DNA of 63,693 nt, the filler included, from an uncultured Methanosarcinales archaeon (GTDB lineage Archaea > Nanobdellota > Nanobdellia > Woesearchaeales > CALCXY01): NCBI GenBank assembly GCA_964385185.1. It is 4 parts of 4 records of this genome, joined end to end, with 100 filler letters (N's around TTAATTAATTAA, not from the genome) between each part and the next. Parts side by side here need not be neighbours in the genome. Positions count along the whole stretch, not along the records: positions 23,170 to 54,893 come from CAYLOA010000014.1; 3 more parts are not named here. One strand, written 5' to 3'. Under the pieces are notes generated by a model that did no database searches, was not told the origin of the DNA, and saw nothing but the letters and a program-made list of their open reading frames with translations. Positions 37,376 through 46,669 of this stretch are shown one piece after another; within the stretch, counting starts at the first letter, position 1, and the number at the start of each line of letters is the position of its first letter. Made by a program: the position numbers and the translations under genes.

Positions 37376-37845
37376 TTGGATGACTCCTCCTTCTTTATCT
37401 CTTTCTTAGGTTTTGCTGCTGGTGCCTTATCCTTTGTAGGCGATACTTTTGCAGTTGATCCTTTACTATCTCCCTCTAATTTTGCTCGTCTTAATTTATC
37501 AGTTAAATCAACTTCTTGAATTTGCAAATTTGAGGGTTGTAATGGGTACAAACTCTTGCTTCCATCCTTTTTCAACATTTCAATACCAGTTAGGTAAACA
37601 CTAGTTCTCTTTACACTTACGTTTTCAACTTTACCAGTCTTTCCACTAAACTGTCCTCTCAATACTTTAACGGAATCACCAGATCGAACTCTTGTCTGTC
37701 TCATACCGTATTTCTTTCGTAGGGTAGGTGCCAATGAAACATTCAGGAATTTTTGTTTAATATGAAGGGGAGCATTAAATCTATACTTTCGCTGCCTTCT
37801 TGGCTGCTTGCTCGCTGTCCAATTTTTATTCCATTTTGTTTTCAT
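37372..37845 (-). CDS. rpl24: Ribosomal protein uL24
   Basis: SKQPRRQRK, NAPLH, GDSVKVLRG, PSNL. Confidence 0.96.
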   Translation of the reverse strand: MKTKWNKNWTASKQPRRQRKYRFNAPLHIKQKFLNVSLAPTLRKKYGMRQTRVRSGDSVKVLRGQFSGKTGKVENVSVKRTSVYLTGIEMLKKDGSKSLYPLQPSNLQIQEVDLTDKLRRAKLEGDSKGSTAKVSPTKDKAPAAKPKKEIKKEESSK

Positions 37846-37863
37846 TTTTTTCTACCGTTATCA

Positions 37864-38265
37864 TTATAGTATAATACTTGCAATTTTACTTACTCCTGGC
37901 CATCTTTCAGCAGCTTCTTTTGCCACAGGACCTTTCAATAAAGTTCCTTTCGGTGTTCCTTTTTCATCTTTAAGGACCACTGCAGCATTATCTTCAAACT
38001 TTACTCGAATACCATCTGGTCTTCTATATTCTTTCTTCTGTCGAACAATAATTGCGAAAACAACTTGTTTTCTCATGTCAGGTCGTCCTCTTTTTACAGA
38101 TGCTAATACCATATCTCCTACTCCTGCTGCAGGTTTTCTACCTTTAACCGTTTTAGATCCTTTTACGGAAAAGATTCGAAGAATTTTAGCTCCTGAATTA
38201 TCACAAGTAGATACTTCGGAACCTACGGGAAGGCTCTTCACTACTTTAGCATTCATGGGCATCAT
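37864..38265 (-). CDS. rpl14: Ribosomal protein uL14
   Basis: DNSGAK, GVGD, FEDNAAV, GPVAKEAAERW. Confidence 0.98.
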   Translation of the reverse strand: MMPMNAKVVKSLPVGSEVSTCDNSGAKILRIFSVKGSKTVKGRKPAAGVGDMVLASVKRGRPDMRKQVVFAIIVRQKKEYRRPDGIRVKFEDNAAVVLKDEKGTPKGTLLKGPVAKEAAERWPGVSKIASIIL

Positions 38266-38759
38266 TCTGAATCTTCACCTTTTTTATCATCTGATTTAGG
38301 TTTTTCTGCTTTAGCAGCAAGTTCAGCTTGCTCTTCTTCAGCTTCATCCTTTGCTTTATTTTCTTGCTCTTTCTTGGTAGCCTTGAATTTTCCTTCTTCT
38401 AAAGCACCTTCTCTTTCAGCAAATAATTCGTCTTTACCTAAATTTTCAACAATTACGAAATGTTTAGTCTTACTAAGAGGTCTACATTGCATAATCATTA
38501 CTCGGTCTCCCTTTTCTGCATTAATACAGGTAGGATTGTAAGCTTTAGCAGAACTTCTCCGAATAGTATAACGCTCATACTTAGCAATAGGACGTGACCG
38601 TACCCATTCTATAGTTGCGTCTTTATGAAAAGCTCGCTTTGTAACCATTCCTTTGAAACTCTTCCCTCTAACGGAAAGTTCTCCATGGAATGGACACTTT
38701 CTATCTTCACATGTGCCCTTTGGGGCTTTTACTCCGATTCCGATATTCTTTTTTACCAT
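38262..38759 (-). CDS. rps17: Ribosomal protein uS17 with a charged tail
   Basis: CEDRKCPFHG, KYERY, CRPLSKTKHF. Confidence 0.97.
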   Translation of the reverse strand: MVKKNIGIGVKAPKGTCEDRKCPFHGELSVRGKSFKGMVTKRAFHKDATIEWVRSRPIAKYERYTIRRSSAKAYNPTCINAEKGDRVMIMQCRPLSKTKHFVIVENLGKDELFAEREGALEEGKFKATKKEQENKAKDEAEEEQAELAAKAEKPKSDDKKGEDSE

Positions 38760-38769
38760 TTTGTTTCGT

Positions 38770-39078
38770 TTATTTTATTTCAATTGTTTCAGGTGCAAAC
38801 CCGATTGTGATCAATTCTTGTTTGACCTTATCTTTGTGATCGCCTTGAAGTTCGATTTTACCATCCTTCACCGTTCCGCCACATGCAAATTTGCTTTTCA
38901 GCTTTTTGCCGACGTCTTTAAGATTGACTTCTTTACTGTCAATCCCTTCGATGATGGTGTATTTTTTTCGAAACTTTTTAGCTTCCGTACTGATCACAAT
39001 TTTTTGACTCTCCTTTGTAATGTTTTCCCAGACTCCTAATTCCTTAGGTAGGCCTGTTATTGGATCAATCTCTGGCAT
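38770..39078 (-). CDS. sui1: Translation initiation factor aIF1/SUI1
   Basis: LKSKFACGGTVK, IELQGDH. Confidence 0.96.
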   Translation of the reverse strand: MPEIDPITGLPKELGVWENITKESQKIVISTEAKKFRKKYTIIEGIDSKEVNLKDVGKKLKSKFACGGTVKDGKIELQGDHKDKVKQELITIGFAPETIEIK

Positions 39079-39088
39079 TCTTGTCTAT

Positions 39089-39277
39089 TCACCCCATATT
39101 GCCGAGAACCATATTGATTCTGGCAATTGTTTTTTTTATTTGTTTAACTTGACCTGGACTCTTTGGTGTAGTACCAGATGCAATTTGAGAGTTATGTTTA
39201 ATTAATTCTTTTTTCAATTCAACTAGCTTTTTCTTTAGCTCGGGAGGACTTGTTTGGGATAATTCTTTCATTTTCAT
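39089..39277 (-). CDS. rpl29: Ribosomal protein uL29
   Basis: ELKKKLVELKKEL, PGQVKQIKKTIARI; canonical position. Confidence 0.93.
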   Translation of the reverse strand: MKMKELSQTSPPELKKKLVELKKELIKHNSQIASGTTPKSPGQVKQIKKTIARINMVLGNMG

Positions 39278-39369
39278 TCTGTAATCACCTTATCAAACAT
39301 AGTTTTTCCTAGTTCAAATGAATGAAAATGAAATTTCGAGGTTTCAAACCGAGATTCTTTCATCTTCAT
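39274..39369 (-). CDS. Putative 31-aa ORF between uS3 and uL29, coupled to both
   Basis: MKMKESRFETSKFHFHSFELGKTMFDKVITE*; ATGA overlaps at both ends; GGTGA upstream. Confidence 0.35.
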   Translation of the reverse strand: MKMKESRFETSKFHFHSFELGKTMFDKVITE

Positions 39370-40172
39370 TCTGAATTTTCACCTTTTTTATCCTCTTTAG
39401 CTTCAACTTCTTTTTTCTCTTTTTTCTCTTTCTTATCTTCTTTCACTTCCTTCTTAGTATCTTTTGTATCTTCCTTAGTATCTTTTGATTCTTTAGTATC
39501 AGCAGACTTTTCTTCATCTTCTCCTTCCACAGCTGAATCTTTACTTCCTTCTTCTTCTGAAGTTTCTTCAACAATATCTTTTCTCAGTTTAATATTATCA
39601 GGGAGCTCAACAGTTGGAGGCATGATTTTAACTTGGATACCAATAGTCCCACTCTTAATTTGAGCTTCAGTTTTAGCTTCACTTACACCTTCAATAGCGA
39701 CATCTCCACACTTTTTCAAATATCCTTTATAGAATCGCCATCTTTTAGCTCGTGCACCAGGAATTTTTCCACTAATTAAAATTTCAATTCCTAAAGCACC
39801 AGCACCAATAGCATCTGAAATAGTTCTATGTCCCACAGCTTTGAATTTGCTGCTTCCAAATCGCTCAAGAGTTGATGCAATCCGTTCAGCTACAATCTTA
39901 GCATCTAAATGTACTTGTTCAACTTCAGCAATCTCTAATTGAGGATTTTCAAGTTTGAATTTACTCTTCAAAGTTTCAGTTAATTTTTTGATATTTTCTC
40001 CTTTACGGCCAACAATAAGACCTGGTCTTGATGAATAGATAATGATTTTTTCTCCCATAGGTGTTCGTTGAAGCTTAGTCATACTATGTCCAACATTTTT
40101 CATAGTACTTCGAATATATTCCTCAATCTGGAATTCCTTCATCCTTTCTGCAACAAATTTTCGCTCAATCAT
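39366..40172 (-). CDS. rps3: Ribosomal protein uS3 with a long acidic/basic tail
   Basis: RPGLIVGRKG, ISGK, GYLKKCG, GTIGIQVKIM. Confidence 0.97.
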   Translation of the reverse strand: MIERKFVAERMKEFQIEEYIRSTMKNVGHSMTKLQRTPMGEKIIIYSSRPGLIVGRKGENIKKLTETLKSKFKLENPQLEIAEVEQVHLDAKIVAERIASTLERFGSSKFKAVGHRTISDAIGAGALGIEILISGKIPGARAKRWRFYKGYLKKCGDVAIEGVSEAKTEAQIKSGTIGIQVKIMPPTVELPDNIKLRKDIVEETSEEEGSKDSAVEGEDEEKSADTKESKDTKEDTKDTKKEVKEDKKEKKEKKEVEAKEDKKGENSE

Positions 40173-40750
40173 TTTTTCTCTGCCTCTTGTTTCTTTTCTT
40201 CAGTTGCTTTTGGTTCCTGAGGTGATTCCTTAGCTTCAGGTGTAACTTCTTTCTTTACTTCCTTCACTTCTTTCTTAGTTTGAGGTTCTTTAATATCTGA
40301 TTTAGTTTCCTTTTTTGATTCAGATGCTTTCTTAGGGGTAGCCTTAATAGCCATCTCACTCACTTCCATATCAATATGACACTTCTTCATTTTTCTTCTA
40401 TGATTTCTTCCATAATGCCATTGTGTGGATGCTTTATTGGAAGCAATCATGCTAATTACTAATTCATTTACATTTAATCCTTGAACTTGAGCATTTGCTT
40501 CAATAGTATTCAACATACCCAAAATACTGGTACATGCATTCAATGGATATCTTCCTGTCATAATCTTACCTGGTCGATGTCCCATCTCTGTAAATCTTTT
40601 GAAAGGTACGGCCTCTTTACCCTCAATAACTCGTTGAAGCATAGCTTTTGCCTTTGCTAAGGGTTTCATCCGAATAGCATTGCAAATTTCAATACACTGC
40701 TTTCTACTAATATTCAAGGATCGACCTTTCGCAATAGCTTTGTTACTCAT
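40169..40750 (-). CDS. rpl22: Ribosomal protein uL22
   Basis: ISRKQCIEIC, AVPFKRF, GRYP, ANA. Confidence 0.95.
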   Translation of the reverse strand: MSNKAIAKGRSLNISRKQCIEICNAIRMKPLAKAKAMLQRVIEGKEAVPFKRFTEMGHRPGKIMTGRYPLNACTSILGMLNTIEANAQVQGLNVNELVISMIASNKASTQWHYGRNHRRKMKKCHIDMEVSEMAIKATPKKASESKKETKSDIKEPQTKKEVKEVKKEVTPEAKESPQEPKATEEKKQEAEKK

Positions 40751-40752
40751 TT

Positions 40753-41133
40753 CTATCTCACGCTCAGTGCAGCACTTGATCTTGTTGCGCCTACACCTGG
40801 TGCGCTATGTTTTACTCCTCTTCTTGTAAGTGAATATTCTCCTAAAAAATGACCTAACATTTCTTCAGTAATTTGAATTGCAACAAACTCTTTTCCATTG
40901 TATACTTTGATCATTTTCCCAACCATTTGAGGTACAACAATCATATCTCGACTATGAGTTTCAATATTATTCTTACCTGCTTCAACTTTCTTTAGTAAAG
41001 CTTTTTGCATCGGACTAAATCCTCTTTTAATACTTCTTCGTGATCGAGAAGGTAAGAGGTCTGCAAACTCATTTAAACTCAATTTTTGAATTTCCTCAAA
41101 TGATTTTCCTCTAAAGCTATATTCTTTTGCCAT
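40753..41133 (-). CDS. rps19: Ribosomal protein uS19
   Basis: THSRDMI, YNGKEF, GHFLGEY, GATRSS. Confidence 0.97.
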   Translation of the reverse strand: MAKEYSFRGKSFEEIQKLSLNEFADLLPSRSRRSIKRGFSPMQKALLKKVEAGKNNIETHSRDMIVVPQMVGKMIKVYNGKEFVAIQITEEMLGHFLGEYSLTRRGVKHSAPGVGATRSSAALSVR

Positions 41134-41144
41134 GATTAACTCAC

Positions 41145-41879
41145 CTATTGTTCTCTCCGTTTTCTATGTACTTTTCTTCCTGTCTGTCGTGCAGCAACCA
41201 TTCCAACCTTTCGACCAGGTGGTGCATTTCTTGGAATCGGTCTTGCTTTACTCTTTCTTGAAGTTCTTTTATTTCCAAATGGATGGTCCACAGCATTCAT
41301 TGCGGAACCGCTTACAATAGGATATAATTTGTTCTTTGCCTTCATCATATAATGTCGAGTTCCTGCTTTCAAAATCGGTTTGTCTGGTCTTCCTCCACCA
41401 GCAACAACACCAACAGTAGCTCTACATTGTGAATGTAATGTTTTTTGTCTTTTGGAAGGTAATTCGATAATAACTTTTTCACCTGAATGTGCAATCACTC
41501 TTGCAGACCCACCTGATGCTCGACAAAACTGCCCCCCATCACCAGGAGTTCCCTCTATATTATAAATTAATGTACCTTCTGGAAGAACATCCAAAGGTAA
41601 AGTATTCCCAACTTGCACCTTAACTTTTTCACCAGTATCAACAGTCATTCCAACTTTGATACCTTCAGGTGCAATCATTAATTGTTTTACTCCATCAGCA
41701 TAGACTACTTCTGCTAATGGCGCACTATGACCTTGGGATGATAATAATCCTACAATTTCTCCACTCACTTTCTCTTTATTCGGATTAACATGGGCTGCTT
41801 TTCCAGCATATCTAAATGAAGGAGCTCTATATCTAGGTCCACCCTTCCCTCTTGCTTGTGTTATAATTCGTTTTCCCAT
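41145..41879 (-). CDS. rpl2: Ribosomal protein uL2
   Basis: [29 protein letters not shown]. Confidence 0.98.
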   Translation of the reverse strand: MGKRIITQARGKGGPRYRAPSFRYAGKAAHVNPNKEKVSGEIVGLLSSQGHSAPLAEVVYADGVKQLMIAPEGIKVGMTVDTGEKVKVQVGNTLPLDVLPEGTLIYNIEGTPGDGGQFCRASGGSARVIAHSGEKVIIELPSKRQKTLHSQCRATVGVVAGGGRPDKPILKAGTRHYMMKAKNKLYPIVSGSAMNAVDHPFGNKRTSRKSKARPIPRNAPPGRKVGMVAARQTGRKVHRKRREQ

Positions 41880-41883
41880 TTTC

Positions 41884-42252
41884 TTACATTAATCCAAAGT
41901 TTGTTGCAATATCAATTGCTGGAGTTTCATTACTAAACTTAACATAGGCTCTTTTTTCACTCTTACTCGTAATATAAGTGTTCACTTTCACAACTTTTGT
42001 TTTGAAAACTTCTTCAATTGCTCGTTTAATATCCTTCTTTTGAGCTTTCATATGAACTGCAAATATCAATTTGTTCTCAGACTCCATTAATCTAAGACTT
42101 TTTTCTGTGGATAATGGATGTTTAATCACTTCATAAACATCCATCTCTTCAGGTAAATAGGACTTTTTAGCTGTATCTTCTGCTACTTTCTCTACAGGAG
42201 CTTCCTTTTTTGCAGTTTTTGAGTTCTTTCCTGTTTTTTTATCTTCAGCCAT
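41884..42252 (-). CDS. rpl23: Ribosomal protein uL23
   Basis: HPLSTEK, NKLIF, VNT, KRAYVK. Confidence 0.96.
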   Translation of the reverse strand: MAEDKKTGKNSKTAKKEAPVEKVAEDTAKKSYLPEEMDVYEVIKHPLSTEKSLRLMESENKLIFAVHMKAQKKDIKRAIEEVFKTKVVKVNTYITSKSEKRAYVKFSNETPAIDIATNFGLM

Positions 42253-42261
42253 AGTCTAGTT

Positions 42262-43065
42262 TCACATGAAAAGTTTTTCCTTTTCCATGACCTCCAAAGA
42301 TTTATCTGTAAATAGTACTAATCTTCCTGGCTCTGTTCCAGGAGCTAATGATTCTGCATTTAATTGACCCACTTCAACAACTTCAACACCAGGTACATTC
42401 TTACCTGCTTTGCTTAATTTACATTCTTTAGAAACAACAATTAAAGGACCAACCTTCTTTCGATACTTTCTTCCCCTCATTGTCCCTCTTCCAGGCCTAA
42501 TAGTCTTAACTTCACATCGAGTAAGCTCTTTGCTTAGTCCTAATTGTTCTAAAGCCAACTTAACATCTTTTGTTTTACTCGCATCTTCAAGTGAAGCTGC
42601 AATAATATAAGGATACGTATCAGGAACTTTGTGCTTTTTACCCACTAATTCTTTATCCATACTAGCAGATAATGCGGATCGAATAGCTTTTCTTCGTTCT
42701 TTTCGATTCATTTTTTGATCCCAAATTTTATCAGCTTTTGGAGGATGAGCTCGTCTTCCACCCACCGTTTGAGGAACAGTTGCCCCTACCCAATTAAATC
42801 GAGTTCCTCTTCTACTCATAACCTTTCGAGGAGTTCTACTTTGACCAATTCCGTAAGTAGTTCGATAGGAACTTCTTCTTTTTGAAACGTAAGAACTATG
42901 TCTTTGACCTGCATCGGGAGCTGATCCATATGCTTGTCTATTGTTAGCTTGAATAACCAGTACCGCTTTCTTAATTAAGTCTGGTCGAACAGGTTCAGAG
43001 AACTGTTTAGGTAGATCTTTTTCTCCCTTGTTCTCATTTTTCCCGTCTAGTATTTTTAGTTTCAT
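42262..43065 (-). CDS. rpl4: Ribosomal protein uL4
   Basis: FSEPVRPDLI, GGRRAHPP, NVPGV, LAPG. Confidence 0.97.
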   Translation of the reverse strand: MKLKILDGKNENKGEKDLPKQFSEPVRPDLIKKAVLVIQANNRQAYGSAPDAGQRHSSYVSKRRSSYRTTYGIGQSRTPRKVMSRRGTRFNWVGATVPQTVGGRRAHPPKADKIWDQKMNRKERRKAIRSALSASMDKELVGKKHKVPDTYPYIIAASLEDASKTKDVKLALEQLGLSKELTRCEVKTIRPGRGTMRGRKYRKKVGPLIVVSKECKLSKAGKNVPGVEVVEVGQLNAESLAPGTEPGRLVLFTDKSLEVMEKEKLFM

Positions 43066-43076
43066 TTTGTGTGTAT

Positions 43077-44072
43077 CTATCCTTGTTTAGACGCCAAACT
43101 AATACTCTGTACTTCCATAACGTCTGGATTCTTTATTTGTCTTCTTGGAAATGTAAATCTGATTAATCGTTTTTTAGGACCTGCTAGAGAACCTTTTACA
43201 AGTAAAAAAGGGTTCTTAACTTCTCCATAATTAACAAATCCTCCTTTAGGATTAACAGTCTTAGGATCGTCTCCCACTTGTAGAATAATTTTATTATGTT
43301 CCATTCTTTGATGGTAACCCATCTTTCCTGCTTTTGGAACTCTATACATGATATGACCTTGAGCAACCCAAGGACCTAAACTTCCTGGTCCTCTTTTTGT
43401 TTTTTCGGATTTTCGAGCTCTAATCTTAATACCAAATCTTTTCACCGGACCTTGGAATCCTCGTCCTGTTGTAACAGCATGAGAATCTACATAAGATCCA
43501 GGAGTTAAAATATCTTGAGCAGTAATTTCCTTACCTAGTAATTCTTTACCAGCAGTTAATTGGTCTTCTTTTGAACCTGCAATTCCAATTTCAAATAATT
43601 CTGGTCTTTTTTTACCAATTCCAGTTAATTTTGGTTGAGTATAAACGCCAAGTCGCACTTCAGAAAATTCAGAAAAATCTTCAATCTTTTTTTGAGCTTT
43701 TTTAGGTAATAATATTCTTTTTCCCAACTCTTTGTCAAGAGCATCAGAAAACACTTCACCGATAATCAGTTGTTCATGTGTGTCAGGATTAATATTGTAG
43801 AAACGAAGACTTGCCGCTTTAAGAGGTGGACATTCCACCACCGTAACTGGGACAATAATATCTTGCCCCTTAGTTTTGCTAGTTGCTTTGTTATCTTTAA
43901 CAACAACGTGAGTCATACCTGCCTTATAGCCTGCAAAACCCAGCACTTTAACATCTTTATCATCTTTAACAACTCTCTTAGGATAAGTCCGCACTCTAGC
44001 AAAAGTTCGTTTAGCTCTCTTACGAGGCCAAAATTGCATACTTCCGGATCTTGGATTTTTCTTTGTTGGCAT
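43077..44072 (-). CDS. rpl3: Ribosomal protein uL3
   Basis: PRSGSM, FAGYKAGMTH, GRGFQGPVKRFG, AGKMGYHQR. Confidence 0.98.
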   Translation of the reverse strand: MPTKKNPRSGSMQFWPRKRAKRTFARVRTYPKRVVKDDKDVKVLGFAGYKAGMTHVVVKDNKATSKTKGQDIIVPVTVVECPPLKAASLRFYNINPDTHEQLIIGEVFSDALDKELGKRILLPKKAQKKIEDFSEFSEVRLGVYTQPKLTGIGKKRPELFEIGIAGSKEDQLTAGKELLGKEITAQDILTPGSYVDSHAVTTGRGFQGPVKRFGIKIRARKSEKTKRGPGSLGPWVAQGHIMYRVPKAGKMGYHQRMEHNKIILQVGDDPKTVNPKGGFVNYGEVKNPFLLVKGSLAGPKKRLIRFTFPRRQIKNPDVMEVQSISLASKQG

Positions 44073-44099
44073 TGAATCTACTACCTCTACAATTACCAG

Positions 44100-44295
44100 T
44101 TACCTAGGTAAAAAACCTTTACATGAGACACAGAGAACACAGTATGAATTTCTAACTCAACTGTACTGAAAAGTGTCCCTTTTCAGGCTCATTGATTAAC
44201 CCGTATTTAATGTCATTAAATACCTTAAATATGCACAATATGTACCATATTTCTCACTTAGTGAGAGTATAAGGGATTCAGAGGGTGTTTATAAA
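44100..44295 (-). promoter_or_regulatory. Promoter (TTTATAAA at 44288-44295) and multi-hairpin 5' leader of the ribosomal operon
   Basis: Several short perfect inverted repeats between the TATA box and the uL3 start. Confidence 0.45.
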
Positions 44296-44326
44296 TGTTT
44301 CTCTTAAACTAAAGGGGTATAATATA

Positions 44327-45712
44327 CTAATTTATGGGAGATTTTGTAGAATCAGATCCTTTTTCCTTATTGCTAACTTTAGAAACCTGCTTTTTGTCAT
44401 CAGTTTTCTTAACCCTGGGCTTAGGCTCATCAGCTTTAGCTTCCACCCTACGACGAACATACGTAACAGGATTCTTTATCCGTTTACATAACCCATCAGG
44501 CTTACAACATCCCAACCCAGTATAATAATTTTGATTATCACAATTAGGAGGTAAGACTTTTTTCTGCTTCTGTTTATGATACCGAACTTGTCCCAAAAGA
44601 TTCACTTCTCGTAACGGCTCTAAGTTGTTAGCATTCCATTTTTTCAAGTACTCTTCTATATCATCATAACTCCATCCCACCCGAGTCAAAAAATTAATCA
44701 AAATAAAAACAGCTCTTTTCTTACCATCTTGCATTCCTTTTTCAATAATCTTAATACAAGGTGGAAACATTTCCTGGGGAACTTTCTCAGCAATCTCCTC
44801 AAATTGAACCTCTTTCTCATTGAGAGCTTCAACTATCTCTTCCTTAAGATGAAAGTCAATCGCCTCACGAATTAACTTAGCACCCTCTCCAGGAACTACA
44901 GACTCCCGATCCAAAAAAATAAATTTACTCACTTTAGCATTCTTAGCAGTAGCTATTGCCTTATTAAATTGCAAAACCCGATCAGGATGAATCGGTATAC
45001 TCACCAATCCTGATTTTTCATTAAAACTATAGGGCATCCTATACAAATGTCGAGAAGCAATTAACACGGTGTCAATATCAACAACTTTAAAGGGATCTAG
45101 CACCCCTCCGACGATAACCTCTTCTTTCTTCCGTTCACTAATCTCCACCAAATCTTCAACACTATATTTCTCCAATAATATTTTCCGCAAATGATCTTGA
45201 ATCATATGCCCCAAGAATCCTGCAATCTTACGAGGACCTTCTGGAAATAAGGTTCGAGTCTCTACCCCTTCAACCGTCTCCGGAAATGCTTCAAAGGGAA
45301 CAGCAATATGAAATCCGTGATTACCAGAAAACTTACAACTCACAGATTGTATACCATGGTGACGTAATGCTTTTACTAATAAATCTGCAGCAATTCCACT
45401 AATGTCTAAATTCTGACAATCGATATCTAAAACTAAATCCCACCCTTTTCGAAGTGTGTCTAATTCACCCCTCTTAAGCTCAGAATTAATGTGCATTACA
45501 TTCTTCCACAACTCCTCTGAACAATGAAAACTGGTAGCACCTTGCATTACAAGCTCCACAATCTCTGAAGGATACTTCAAAATATCAGGACGTTTACCAA
45601 ATCCTTTATCTCCAAACCGAATACTCACCTCTTTGTCCTTTGCGCACTCAAGAATAGCTTGCTGAATATCTGCACGCTTATAATAAAGAAGTTTAGTCGA
45701 GAGATCAATCAT
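44327..45712 (-). CDS. priSL: Fused DNA primase PriS-PriL (DPANN type)
   Basis: PriS motifs WDLVLDID, SGNHGFH, RHLYRMPYS, then PriL Fe-S region FPPCI...NFL...PPNC...C...NP. Confidence 0.92.
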   Translation of the reverse strand: MIDLSTKLLYYKRADIQQAILECAKDKEVSIRFGDKGFGKRPDILKYPSEIVELVMQGATSFHCSEELWKNVMHINSELKRGELDTLRKGWDLVLDIDCQNLDISGIAADLLVKALRHHGIQSVSCKFSGNHGFHIAVPFEAFPETVEGVETRTLFPEGPRKIAGFLGHMIQDHLRKILLEKYSVEDLVEISERKKEEVIVGGVLDPFKVVDIDTVLIASRHLYRMPYSFNEKSGLVSIPIHPDRVLQFNKAIATAKNAKVSKFIFLDRESVVPGEGAKLIREAIDFHLKEEIVEALNEKEVQFEEIAEKVPQEMFPPCIKIIEKGMQDGKKRAVFILINFLTRVGWSYDDIEEYLKKWNANNLEPLREVNLLGQVRYHKQKQKKVLPPNCDNQNYYTGLGCCKPDGLCKRIKNPVTYVRRRVEAKADEPKPRVKKTDDKKQVSKVSNKEKGSDSTKSPIN

Positions 45713-45813
45713 ATATTGGGGTAAGTATCAAAACTTTATAAGCATTTTTACCCATGCATACAATGAGACCAATTGCATAACCTATAAAAAGAACACTCTC
45801 CTTTCCTCATTTC

Positions 45814-46668
45814 ATGTCAATTATCAATCAATTCAAAACAGCAATGCTTCTCGCCCTAATGACAGGACTTCTCCTATGGATCGGTTCACTCTGGGGACAA
45901 GGTGGCTTAACAGTAGCAATCATCTTCTCATTAGGAATAAACGTAGTATCCTATTTCTACGGCCACAAAATGGTCCTAAGAATGTATAAGGCACAAGAAA
46001 TTCATGAATCTGACCATCCTAACCTATGGAATATGGTAAAAGAAGTTGCACATGCATCACATATTCCCATGCCTAAAGTATACATCGTCCCATCACCTCA
46101 GGCAAATGCATTTGCCACAGGACCAAATCCAAAAAAAGCCTCAATTGCAGTAAACCAAGGATTATTAGATCTTTTAGATGAAGATGAACTAAAAGGTGTT
46201 ATCGCACATGAAGCAGCCCACATAAAAAATAGAGATATCTTAATCTCTACTGTGGCTGCCACCATTGCTGGAGTAATTTCTTACATTGCATTTATGGCAC
46301 GATGGGGTGCATTATTTGGCGGATTCGGAAGAGATAGAGATGGTGGAAATATGCTTGAACTCTTGGTTTTAGCAATCTTAACGCCTCTACTAGCGACAAT
46401 TATCCAATTAGCCATCAGCCGAAGCAGAGAATTTGTCGCAGATGCAACTGCAGCTAAAAATCTAAAAGATGGAAAAGGCCTTTCCTCAGCATTACATAAA
46501 ATATCCGGATCAGTTGAACAACATCCTTATAGACCTTCATCAAAAACTGAAACAACAGCCCATATGATGATTTCCAATCCATTCCGTGGAAAAGGACTCT
46601 TCAAACTCTTCTCCACCCACCCAGAGACAAAAGAAAGAATGAGAAAACTAGAAAATATGAAATTTTAG
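45814..46668 (+). CDS. htpX: Membrane zinc protease HtpX (M48)
   Basis: NAFATG, HEAAH, SRSREFVAD, FSTHP. Confidence 0.97.
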   Translation: MSIINQFKTAMLLALMTGLLLWIGSLWGQGGLTVAIIFSLGINVVSYFYGHKMVLRMYKAQEIHESDHPNLWNMVKEVAHASHIPMPKVYIVPSPQANAFATGPNPKKASIAVNQGLLDLLDEDELKGVIAHEAAHIKNRDILISTVAATIAGVISYIAFMARWGALFGGFGRDRDGGNMLELLVLAILTPLLATIIQLAISRSREFVADATAAKNLKDGKGLSSALHKISGSVEQHPYRPSSKTETTAHMMISNPFRGKGLFKLFSTHPETKERMRKLENMKF

Positions 46669-46669
46669 T

